A stretch of DNA of 57,786 nucleotides, from assembly GCA_036679645.1 (NCBI GenBank), contig JAZDCY010000037.1, positions 1 to 57,786 of the forward strand, written 5' to 3'. Positions 50,081 through 57,779 of this stretch are shown in pieces. Both the position numbers and the translations under genes were made by a program. Numbering within the stretch: the first letter of the stretch is position 1; every line of letters begins with the position of its first letter. This DNA comes from Gemmatimonadota bacterium. GTDB taxonomy: Bacteria > Gemmatimonadota > Gemmatimonadetes > Gemmatimonadales > GWC2-71-9. A model generated the notes under the pieces. That model was given only the letters and a program-made list of their open reading frames with translations. It was not told where the DNA came from and ran no database searches.

Positions 50081-51205
50081 TCAATTTCTGTCTCTCGGAG
50101 CGGGGCACGCTACACTACCCGAGACTTCAAATATCCCAATCGATTGCTCGCCCCACGAATCCTCCAGAACACCCGCGACGACGTCCTGCCACACCGTCAC
50201 ATGTTTGAGGGCGGCCGGAAGCAGCAGCGGCCGAAGGGCGCGCCCATCGACACTCCATCTGTCCCACTGCACCCACTCGGGGGTTTCCCAGTACGTCTTT
50301 GCAAGGATGGACCCGTCGCGGCTCCCGACCAACCCCCTCACCGACGGAAGGACCTCGGGAAACGACAGGTGTTGAGCCAAAGAAGAGTCCCCGAGATTCC
50401 GGGCAAAGAGGCTGCGATATTGATCCGACATTCGCACCCGAGTACTTCGCCCCCTGATTACGCGTTCGGTCGAGCCGTCGGGGGCGATGATGCGGATCGC
50501 ATACTCTTCGGTCGATAGGAGCGCAACTCGATCCGGAGCAACGGGGGCCAACATCGGGAACACGGCATATGGAACAGGCAGCTCCATCACTCGTCCTCGT
50601 AGCGTCGTCCGTCTTCCAATTACATGAACGAACTCCAGAAGCGTATCGGTCTGGCCTTCACCGATAGAAGATGCGACGACGACTCCTCCAAGCTCTTCAG
50701 GTGCCGCGCCGCGCCAGGGAGGCAAGACTGCGGCCACGACTCTGCCACCCGACGTCACGAGGGTGGCTGGGGTCCCCGGGAATAGAAGAGTCGCCATCGG
50801 GACCACACCTACGTGTTCGCCGGAGCGACTCCAGATCGTCAGACGACCGTTGGCGAGGTCCCGAAAAATGAGGTTCGTGTCAAGCCAACCAAGTTCCATT
50901 CCTCCTTGGAACTCCCTTGGACCAGAACCGCTGCGGCCACGGATCCAGAGCGCTCGCCCGAGAGAATCAAACGCCATGATCCGGTGAGTTCCCCCGTCAA
51001 GCACGAACACGCGCTTCGACTCATCCAGGACGAGTCCTGTTATCTGCACAAACGGGTCGGTGTCCGCACGCCCGGGGCCAATCGTCCGGACAAGGCGTAC
51101 GGTGCCGCATAGCGATTCGCCTAAGGAGGGTCGAGGAGAATCGCACGAAAAGACCGATCCGCACGCAGTCATTGCGACCGCGAGGAGGCGTAGCCTCAAG
51201 TACAC
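50081..51205 (-). CDS. 6-bladed beta-propeller (NHL-like) exported protein/lipoprotein
   Basis: Signal with Cys; RVFVLD...IMAFDSLG...GRSGSGPREF repeat signature. Confidence 0.82.
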   Translation of the reverse strand: MYLRLRLLAVAMTACGSVFSCDSPRPSLGESLCGTVRLVRTIGPGRADTDPFVQITGLVLDESKRVFVLDGGTHRIMAFDSLGRALWIRGRSGSGPREFQGGMELGWLDTNLIFRDLANGRLTIWSRSGEHVGVVPMATLLFPGTPATLVTSGGRVVAAVLPPWRGAAPEELGGVVVASSIGEGQTDTLLEFVHVIGRRTTLRGRVMELPVPYAVFPMLAPVAPDRVALLSTEEYAIRIIAPDGSTERVIRGRSTRVRMSDQYRSLFARNLGDSSLAQHLSFPEVLPSVRGLVGSRDGSILAKTYWETPEWVQWDRWSVDGRALRPLLLPAALKHVTVWQDVVAGVLEDSWGEQSIGIFEVSGSVACPAPRDRN

Positions 51206-51239
51206 GGATCGACTCTCGGGGCCTTTCAGGTCGCCGCTT

Positions 51240-51815
51240 TCAGTACGAACGCCTCGGTTCTGGACACGCCGCGAGCGCCTCGGCTGAATCGACGCTCGAA
51301 GAGGGACCCAGTACGTGCTTCACCACGCCCGCCCGGCCGAGAATCAGCGTCGTTGGGACCGCGAGAATGCCAAGGCGGGCGGCAACGGCCGAGGATGCCG
51401 TTCCGACGGCGTACGTGGAGAAGGAGAGTGCGTGCCGGCGAACAAAGCTGTCCGCCGACGCCCACTCTGAGAAAGAAATGCCGATCACGTTCCGCCGCCG
51501 CTCGGGGGCGAAATCAGTAGCCCACCTTGGAGCCAGCGCTTCACACGTGGCGCATGAAGGAGACAGAAACAGCACGACGGAGCACTCCGGCAGGTCGCGG
51601 AACGAGATGGTCAACGATCGACCGAGCCCACTGCGTGCAGTCAGCGTGTCCAGTTCCGCCCCGGCCTGGATCCACTCGGTACCCCCTGTTGCTCTCCTCA
51701 CCAACAGCAAGCCCTGGATGATTCCGCCGAGCACAAGAGCGGCAAGCAAAGCGGTCAGCCACCGCTGCTGGCCAGGAGTTGAGCTGCTACCCGTGCCCCG
51801 CTCAGGCGTTGCCAT
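51240..51815 (-). CDS. Membrane-anchored TlpA/ResA-like thiol-disulfide oxidoreductase
   Basis: TM helix; VVLFLSPSCATC (CxxC); cis-Pro loop AVPTTLILGRAGVV. ATG overlaps the peptide stop (TGATG). Confidence 0.85.
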   Translation of the reverse strand: MATPERGTGSSSTPGQQRWLTALLAALVLGGIIQGLLLVRRATGGTEWIQAGAELDTLTARSGLGRSLTISFRDLPECSVVLFLSPSCATCEALAPRWATDFAPERRRNVIGISFSEWASADSFVRRHALSFSTYAVGTASSAVAARLGILAVPTTLILGRAGVVKHVLGPSSSVDSAEALAACPEPRRSY

Positions 51816-52039
51816 CAGCCGGGGATAATCAGACACCCATTACAGGATTCGGCGCAAACCGTGCAGCAGCAGGACCAATCCGTGGGGTCTGACGCACACT
51901 GGCATTGGCACTTGCGGGCTGGATGTTCCGGCGGGCAACCTCCCTGTGCTAGAGTGGACGCCCTCAAACCGCCCGTCGCGAGCCCGATGTTGAGCAACGC
52001 GAAGGTGAGGACCAGCAGCCATTTAGTTCTTTTCCGCAT
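51815..52039 (-). CDS. Secreted 10-Cys peptide B (74 aa)
   Basis: GGAGG RBS; Sec-type signal; core CPPEHPARKCQCQCASDPTDWSCCCTVCAESCNGCLIIPG; paralog adjacent. Confidence 0.88.
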   Translation of the reverse strand: MRKRTKWLLVLTFALLNIGLATGGLRASTLAQGGCPPEHPARKCQCQCASDPTDWSCCCTVCAESCNGCLIIPG

Positions 52040-52119
52040 TTGGTGCCTCCGACATTAAGACTAGCCGCCATTGAGGCTTCGTGTGCGCCTGTGCGTGCCA
52101 CGTAGCCGCCGGGCCGATG

Positions 52120-52335
52120 TCAACCGGGAACCACCAGGCATCCATTGCATGAGGAGGCGCAAACCGAACAGCAACAGCCCCAGTCCGTGGGGTCTCCCGC
52201 ACACTGGCATTGACATTTGCGAGGAGGGTTCTCCGGGGGGCACGGATGCTGCGCAAACGCGAGGTTCCCTCCGGCGAGCCCAAGGTTGATGATCACGAAC
52301 GCCGTCACTAATAGCCAGCGAGTCTTGTCACGCAT
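52120..52335 (-). CDS. Secreted 10-Cys peptide A (71 aa)
   Basis: GGAGG RBS; signal ending AFA-Q; core CPPENPPRKCQCQCAGDPTDWGCCCSVCASSCNGCLVVPG. Confidence 0.88.
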   Translation of the reverse strand: MRDKTRWLLVTAFVIINLGLAGGNLAFAQHPCPPENPPRKCQCQCAGDPTDWGCCCSVCASSCNGCLVVPG

Positions 52336-52519
52336 AGCTGCCTCCAAGCTGGTGGTTCAACCGCAAGTGAAGCGCCGCGGCGAATCCTTGCTCCCGCAGG
52401 GCCTCGGGCCAGAAGATGCCCCGATACTGGGACATCGTGGGCGCTGCATCCCGCCACATTCGAAAACCGCCAGAACTCACCGTCCATCAACGTTCGGCTA
52501 TTCGGATCAATACGATTTG

Positions 52520-52596
52520 CATTGTCTTGAAGACAATGACCGTTTGCGCTGACCTGGTGCGCTGACCTCTTGCGCGGGGGGGGGGGGGGGAGATTC
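52520..52596. promoter_or_regulatory. Divergent control region: 9-bp inverted repeat, 13-bp-period direct repeats and a G15 tract
   Basis: CATTGTCTT-G-AAGACAATG (52520-52538); TGCGCTGACCT at 52545 and 52558, TGCGC at 52571; G15 at 52576-52590. Confidence 0.6.
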
Positions 52597-52630
52597 TACT
52601 TTACCGTAGCCGTCCCCGAGGACTTTCACG

Positions 52631-53110
52631 ATGTTGGTGCGGAAGCTCGTAGTGAGCCTGCTCAGCCAAGCCGCTGTTGCCGATCGCCGTGTGCACCGTG
52701 TGGTCGAGGCGCTGGCTGACCGACGAGGGCTCCTACGGAACGCCGACGACTTCGCTCGGGACCTCGGCTTCGGCTCGCGACACCAGCTTCACCATTGCCT
52801 CAAACGCCACCGTCTCCCGCCCATTCGCCGGCTCGCCGCCTGGATACGCCTCCTGACGATTGCCGTCGAGATGACCGAAAGCGGAATGAGCCTGGAAGAC
52901 ATTGCGTGGCGCGACGGTATCGATCCGTCGGTGGAACATCGCCGGGCCCGGCGGATACTCGGTGTATCGTTGGGCACCGCTCTGCAGAACGGCGTCGAGG
53001 GTGTCCTGGTCCGGATTTGGGAGGACTGGGCGCGGCACTTGGCAGCGGATCGTGATCCTGTGGCAGCACAGAGAGCAATCTCGCGTATCCTCCGTGACGC
53101 AAGCGCGTAG
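52631..53110 (+). CDS. AraC-type HTH regulator (DNA-binding domain only)
   Basis: ADDFARDLGFGSRHQLHHCLK...WIRLL...SLEDIAWRDGIDPS...RRILG double-HTH pattern. Confidence 0.7.
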   Translation: MLVRKLVVSLLSQAAVADRRVHRVVEALADRRGLLRNADDFARDLGFGSRHQLHHCLKRHRLPPIRRLAAWIRLLTIAVEMTESGMSLEDIAWRDGIDPSVEHRRARRILGVSLGTALQNGVEGVLVRIWEDWARHLAADRDPVAAQRAISRILRDASA

Positions 53111-53152
53111 GGCGCCCTTCCCTGCCATCGAGCTGTCTGTTAGCGCGATGCA

Positions 53153-53211
53153 CAGGCGCTCAGGCGCTCAGGCGCTCAGGCGCTCAGGCGCTCAGGCGCT
53201 CAGGTGCTCAG
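53153..53211. repeat. Tandem octamer repeat (CAGGCGCT)x6 + CAGGTGCT
   Basis: Six perfect units, one variant unit, then CAG. Confidence 0.95.
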
Positions 53212-53418
53212 ATCGATGCTCCATCCCGTGTGTGACGCGGGCGAAACCGCGTAGGCCCCGGGGCGTCAAATCGGCGGTCAGCGTCACCCACTCGAGTAGA
53301 TACGCCTCATGCATGTGATGGGCGCACGGGTGTCAGTGGCCGAGCCGCGACGCGGATGACCTGCTTGAGTTGGGTCGCTCAGCGGTCGAGTGACAAAGTG
53401 AGAATGGCCCGAAGACGA

Positions 53419-54225
53419 CTACGCCGCGCGATCCGCAACCTGCGGCAGTACGCTGCTGGGGCTACCGAAATGGGTGACCAGTTCCTGACTTTCCAGGTCA
53501 GCATCCGATCGAGGGATGACAAGACGTTGCTCGGCGGTAGCGAAGTAGAGGCAGCCCAGTTCTTCGGGCGGCCGTGTCCGCGCAAACCGCTCGGCGGCTT
53601 CGAGGGCCTGGAGCCACATCTGCTTGGCGCCTGTCGCGTCGAACGGTTCGGTGAGTTGCAGGCGGGCGATGTCCTCTGGTCGGTGTTTCCCGCGACGCCG
53701 CAGCAGTTCCAGGAGTGAGAGTGGGGTGAAGCCCGGGTCCTTGCCCACGGCGGCCCAGACGAGTCCCGCCAGAGGAAGCACGTTCGCGTGAACGAAAAGC
53801 GTGTCGACATAGTCTCGTGGTTCGTCTCTGCCCGCGAGCGCGAGGATCTTGTTGGCTGCGAGATCGACCTGGTGCAGCAGGAGCCCGCCGAGCGGGTCGC
53901 GTTGGAGCGGCATGAAGCGCCATGCAGAGTCGTGCGCCCAGTCGATCCGCGTGGCGTCCGTGCCACGACGCACGATGGCGCGCACGAACCCGGGCTGGCT
54001 CAGGGTCACGTCAACGTCATAGCCCGCTCGGTCGAGTTGCGCGCGGTCCGCCTCGAACGTGGATGCCACTCGTTCGACCGAATCGTGAAAGAAATCCAGG
54101 TCGTCACTATGACGGATGGAATTGGCGGCGAAGTGCAGTGCCGCTCCGCCGGCGAGATAGCGGTCGTTCGTCCGCGAGTGCGCGAGTTCGGCGAGAATCT
54201 GTAGCTGGAAGTCGGTTATTGGCAC
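53419..54225 (-). CDS. AbiEii/AbiGii-like nucleotidyltransferase toxin family protein
   Basis: YLAGGAAL...RHSDDLDFF...DLAANKILALAGRDEPRDYVD. Confidence 0.8.
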   Translation of the reverse strand: MPITDFQLQILAELAHSRTNDRYLAGGAALHFAANSIRHSDDLDFFHDSVERVASTFEADRAQLDRAGYDVDVTLSQPGFVRAIVRRGTDATRIDWAHDSAWRFMPLQRDPLGGLLLHQVDLAANKILALAGRDEPRDYVDTLFVHANVLPLAGLVWAAVGKDPGFTPLSLLELLRRRGKHRPEDIARLQLTEPFDATGAKQMWLQALEAAERFARTRPPEELGCLYFATAEQRLVIPRSDADLESQELVTHFGSPSSVLPQVADRAA

Positions 54226-54401
54226 AGGCGACTCGCCACGCGCCACGCTTCGCGATTGCCGTGCCGCATGAGCTGGTCCGCCACCCACTGCACGTCGGCG
54301 ATGCCGATCTCGAGGTCGGGCCGGTACGACCAGAAGCAGCTTGCCCGGAAGCGTCGGAACGCGCGCCGCGCCTCGCGCACCTTTACCATTCGCCGCGCCA
54401 C
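54216..54401 (-). CDS. Small protein coupled to the AbiEii-like gene (putative antitoxin, DUF6922-like)
   Basis: CFWSYRPDL...VADQLMRHG; overlaps the toxin start. Confidence 0.6.
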   Translation of the reverse strand: MARRMVKVREARRAFRRFRASCFWSYRPDLEIGIADVQWVADQLMRHGNREAWRVASRLCQ

Positions 54402-54405
54402 GGCC

Positions 54406-54441
54406 TCATAAGCAGCTTATGATATAACGTCAAGTATTCAA
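54406..54441 (-). promoter_or_regulatory. Operator palindrome overlapping the promoter of the AbiEii-like pair
   Basis: TCATAAGC-A-GCTTATGA (54406-54422) in an AT-rich patch with TTGACG/TTGAAT -35-like hexamers. Confidence 0.6.
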
Positions 54442-54469
54442 ACCTATTATCTGCCCCCTACTCTAACCG

Positions 54470-54790
54470 TCAGCCCAGCGGCAACACCACCGCTGCAACG
54501 TCGACATGAGCCGGCACGACATTTCCCATCCCCCGGTCGAACGTCGCAAGCCGCCCTTCATGGCGCAGCGCGACGGCCACGAGGTGTGCCTCGGTCACCT
54601 GGCGGTGGCCGACGAGGCGCTCCGGGGCAATGAACTGGGACTGACAGAACGAAACGTCATCCGACCAAAACCGATGGCCGTCCAGCGCGGTGATCGGCGA
54701 TGGCTTCCGCGGGGCGCCGCAGCCGCGTGGTGCACGTGATTGGGCTACGCGAGCGCAATGAGCACGTTCACGTCCGAGCAGGACTGTCAT
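54470..54790 (-). pseudogene. vapC: vapC copy 3: +1 frameshift, TGG>TAG nonsense and internal deletions
   Basis: Clear nucleotide similarity to 57119-57556; the central part is missing. Confidence 0.88.
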
Positions 54791-54791
54791 G

Positions 54792-54885
54792 TCACTTGTC
54801 GAGCGCCGCCGGCACCATCTCCGGCGTGAGCGGAGGAGCATCAGGCGGCACGTCGAAGGTGGGAACGCCGTGCTCGCCGATTGGC
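54792..54885 (-). pseudogene. vapB: vapB 3' remnant
   Basis: IGEHGVPTFDVPPDAPPLTPEMVPAALDK* matches the C-terminus of 57558-57779. Confidence 0.85.
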
Positions 54886-54988
54886 TCGCCCGATTGACGC
54901 TGCGCTTGCCGTTGAGCATCAGCAGTAAGGCGTCGCATGTGAAGCGGGCGCCGGAACGCAGCCTGGCATCGTACGGCGAACTGTGCTA

Positions 54989-55002
54989 GGTTACATGTAA
55001 CC
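54989..55002. promoter_or_regulatory. Perfect 14-bp palindrome, probable mazEF operator
   Basis: GGTTACATGTAACC 18 nt upstream of the antitoxin start. Confidence 0.65.
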
Positions 55003-55019
55003 CTAAGCCGGAGTGCCCG

Positions 55020-55232
55020 GTGGGATCATCGAAACGTCCGAGCACGTCGCGGGATAAGGTCCGGGCCTACCGCGCACGGCTGCGGCAGCAGGGCTTGCGC
55101 CCGATCCAGATCTGGGTCCCCGACGTTCGCTCGCCGGGCTTCGCCCAGGAGGCGCATCGCCAATCCCTGGCTGCCGCGAACAGCCGACACGCTGCGGACG
55201 ATCAGGAATTCATCGACGCGATCTCGGAATGA
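55020..55232 (+). CDS. MazE-like antitoxin (DUF3018 family)
   Basis: RDKVRAYRARLRQQGLRPIQIWVPDVRSPGFAQEAHRQS; ATGA overlap with the toxin. Confidence 0.9.
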   Translation: MGSSKRPSTSRDKVRAYRARLRQQGLRPIQIWVPDVRSPGFAQEAHRQSLAAANSRHAADDQEFIDAISE

Positions 55233-55574
55233 AACGCGGAGGCATCTGGACGGTCGCGGGGGGCAAGGACTACGCCGGAAAGCCCCGGCCCGCCGTGATC
55301 ATCCAGGATGATCGCTTCAATCGTACGAGTTCGGTCACGCTGTGTGCCCTCACGTCCGACCCGACCGACGCTCCCCTTTTCCGCCTGCCCCGTCATACCG
55401 AGCGACCGCAATGGGTTGCACGCGCCCTGCCAGGTGATGGTGGACAAGATCACGACCGTGCCGAAGGTGAAACTGGGGTCCAGGATCGGCGACCTCGATG
55501 ATGAGGACATGCTTCGGCTCAACCGAGCGATTCTCGTGTTTCCCGGACTCGCTGGAGGCTCGGCGGTCGGCTAG
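55229..55574 (+). pseudogene. mazF: MazF/PemK toxin, frameshifted by one extra C near 55387-55390
   Basis: MKRGGIW...GKPRPAVIIQDD...APLFRLP in frame 1 continues as VIPSDRNGL...MVDKITTV...IGDL in another frame. Confidence 0.88.
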
Positions 55575-55624
55575 GTTACCGCCCGGTCAGTCAGGCACAG
55601 ACGCTCAGTTGCACAGACGCTCAG

Positions 55625-55663
55625 AAAAAGCAAACGCCCCGGAGAGCTATTCCGGAGCATTTG
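55625..55663 (-). terminator. Intrinsic terminator downstream of vapC copy 2
   Basis: CAAATGCTCCGGA/TCCGGGGCGTTTG stem with G-U pairs on the minus strand, then CTTTTT. Confidence 0.6.
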
Positions 55664-55728
55664 GCTGGACCGCGTAGCAGAATGCTGCCAAACGTCTAGC
55701 CGTCTAGTCCATTTCTCCCTACCCCCCC

Positions 55729-56107
55729 TCAGTCAAGCAGCAACACCACCCCGTCGGAGTCAACATGAGCCGGCACGACATCCCCCATCCCCCGGTCGAA
55801 CGTCGCAAGCCGCCCTTCATGGCGCAGCGCGAGGGCCACGAGGTGCGCATCGGTCACGTGGCCGTGGCCGATGATACGTTCCGGCGCAATGAACGAGGAG
55901 TGACAGAACGAAACGTCATCCGACCAAAACCGATGGCCGTCCAGTGCGGTGATCGCGCGGAGCACGGCGATGGCCTCCGCAGGCCGCTTCGCATCTGGAA
56001 TGACGCGCATGTTGGACGAGATCCGCACGAAACCGCTCTCGGTGACGGGGCACGTTGCCCACCCGTCGGCACGATGCGCCGTGAACCACTCGACCGCCGC
56101 CGCGTGG
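55729..56107 (-). pseudogene. vapC: vapC copy 2, 5'-truncated (lacks the DVNV catalytic Asp)
   Basis: Near-identical to 57119-57497; homology stops at 56107. A fortuitous ATG lies at 56127. Confidence 0.85.
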
Positions 56108-56287
56108 CTATGCCCGATGACGCTCATTGTTGCACTTCAAAGTTGATACTAAATGTCCCCCGCCGCGATCGCCCGGGTCCTCGGCCGCCATCGGTCCACG
56201 GGTAGCGTATCGGAGACGCTCGAGGTCACCGTCCGGGAGAATCCGGTCAGACAACTCGAGGTGGAACCCCGTACGGTGACCGCGCGC

Positions 56288-56515
56288 GCAAGATGTGTGG
56301 ATGAGTGAGCTTCGCGGCAATTCTCGATCTCGCGGAGGAACCGCTCCGGCCCCAACGTCGGCCAGCTCTGATCGCAACACTTTGACCGCGACTTTGCGAT
56401 GGTGGCGCACGTCCTCGGCCAGATACACGGTGGCCATGCCGCCCGCACCAATCTCCTTCTCTATGGAATAGCGATCCGCGAGCGCGTCGCGTAGCCGGCC
56501 GATGAGGTCAGACAT
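56288..56515 (-). pseudogene. Ser/Thr protein kinase N-terminal relic with frameshifts
   Basis: MSDLIGRLRDALADRYSIEKEIGAGGMATVYLAEDVRHHRKVAVKVLR / LGPERFLREIE / IAAKLTHPHIL across different frames. Confidence 0.85.
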
Positions 56516-56780
56516 GGGCCCAAGATACGGAGCGGAGGTGAAAGCCGCGAGCGCGCCCGGCTCCTCGATGGTGGCCGTGCCCGAGTGGTGCAGTTCGCGT
56601 AGGGACCGACGGCTCGCGAGGCGAGAGCTATTCCTGTCACCTCGCCACAAACTGATCCCCGCACGCAACAAAACGATACCGGCATCGGACCACCTCCCAC
56701 CCATCTTGCACTCGCGGTTTCGATGGAGACTTGTTGGGCCCGCGTCGCAATACCATGGCCGTCGAATCGAAGAAGTGGTG

Positions 56781-56864
56781 GCCGGCGTGGCGGAATTGGT
56801 AGACGCACAGACTTGACAAGTCTCGGAGCGCAAGCTCGTGTGGGTTCGAATCCCACCGCCGGCA
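56781..56864 (+). tRNA. Type II tRNA with a tRNA-Leu body and a GAC (Val) anticodon
   Basis: GCCGGCG/CGCCGGC acceptor; D arm GCGGAATTGGTAGACGC; anticodon loop TTGACAA; variable stem GAGC-GCAA-GCTC; T arm GTGGG-TTCGAAT-CCCAC; A73. Confidence 0.9.
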
Positions 56865-56948
56865 CCCACCGGACCACTTGCTTTGAACGCGGGGCCGAGC
56901 ATAGGTTTCAAGTACTTGTCAGGTCTGTGTAGCGTTTTCCGCTACGTC

Positions 56949-56992
56949 CGAAAGCCGAGGCTGGGGATTCCCTACCTCGGCTTTCGTTTTCT
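56949..56992 (+). terminator. Intrinsic terminator downstream of the tRNA
   Basis: 12-bp perfect stem CGAAAGCCGAGG/CCTCGGCTTTCG followed by TTTTCT. Confidence 0.7.
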
Positions 56993-57118
56993 ATCCCGCT
57001 ATCCGCGGTCCGTATAAAGACTCTAAGCGATGCGCAGACGACGAGTTCTGTGTTGCCGTCTGTGCGCGGGACGACGTCGGACGTCGCGGTAGAGGTTGGA
57101 CTCTTTCCCCTACTACCC

Positions 57119-57556
57119 TCAGTCCAGCAGCAACACCACCCTGTCGGCATCGACGTGAGCCGGCACGACATCTCCCATGCCCCGATCAAACGTTGCAAGC
57201 TGCCCTTCACGTTGCAGTGCAAGGGCAACGAGGTGCGCATCGGTCACTTGGCCGTGGCCGATGATACGCTCCGGCGCAACGAAAGAGGAGTGACAGAACG
57301 AAACGTCATCCGACCAAAACCGATGGCTGTCCAGCGCGGTGATCGCGCGGAGCACGGCGATGGCCTCCGCAGGCCGCTTCGCATCTGGAATGACGCGCGT
57401 GTTGGACGAGATCCGCACGAAACCGCTCTCGGTGACGGGGCACGTTGCCCATCCGTCGGCGCGATGCACCGTGAACCACTCGACCGCCGCCGCGTGGTGC
57501 ACATGATTGGGCCACGCGAGCGCAATCAGCACGTTCACATCGAGCAGGACCGTCAT
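57119..57556 (-). CDS. vapC: VapC PIN-domain toxin (mycobacterial Mtu_PIN-like), intact
   Basis: LLDVNVLIALAWPNHVHH, TCPVTESGFVRI, QVTDAHLVALA, LATFD. Confidence 0.93.
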   Translation of the reverse strand: MTVLLDVNVLIALAWPNHVHHAAAVEWFTVHRADGWATCPVTESGFVRISSNTRVIPDAKRPAEAIAVLRAITALDSHRFWSDDVSFCHSSFVAPERIIGHGQVTDAHLVALALQREGQLATFDRGMGDVVPAHVDADRVVLLLD

Positions 57557-57557
57557 T

Positions 57558-57779
57558 TCACTCGTCGAGCACTTCCCGCACCATCTCCGGCGTGAGCGGA
57601 GGAGCATCAGGTGGCACGTCGAAGATTGGAACGCCGTGCTCGCCGATCTGGGGCTCAGCGGGACGCAATCCTCGGCGGGCCAGATCGGAAATGACATCCC
57701 CGATGCTGCGGTTCTCCGTGGCAGCCAGGCTCCGGGCCGCCCGGAGGATGTCGTCATCCAACGTGAGCGTTGTTCGCAT
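57558..57779 (-). CDS. vapB: VapB antitoxin (RHH/CopG type)
   Basis: MRTTLTLDDDILRAARSLA...SIGDVISDLARRGL; stop is 1 nt before the vapC ATG. Confidence 0.92.
   Translation of the reverse strand: MRTTLTLDDDILRAARSLAATENRSIGDVISDLARRGLRPAEPQIGEHGVPIFDVPPDAPPLTPEMVREVLDE

Noticed and set aside
51815..52122. Sec readthrough at the TGA stops of the two Cys-rich peptides
   Set aside because: Both end at the same PG, the downstream sequences are unrelated, and peptide B's TGA overlaps the TlpA ATG, as expected for a true stop.
49498..52335. Assignment to a known RiPP class (ranthipeptide, lanthipeptide, MNIO/bufferin-type)
   Set aside because: No radical SAM, Lan, DUF692 or YcaO gene in or near the cluster within this window.
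53153..53211. Possible CRISPR array
   Set aside because: Contiguous 8-bp units with no spacers, and no cas genes in the window.
56731..56756. Sigma70 promoter for the GAC tRNA (TTGTTG...TACCAT)
   Set aside because: Spacer is only 14 nt; the -10 is plausible but support is insufficient to call.
56108..56911. 267-aa ORF as a real gene
   Set aside because: Chimera of antisense tRNA sequence and a frameshifted kinase relic.
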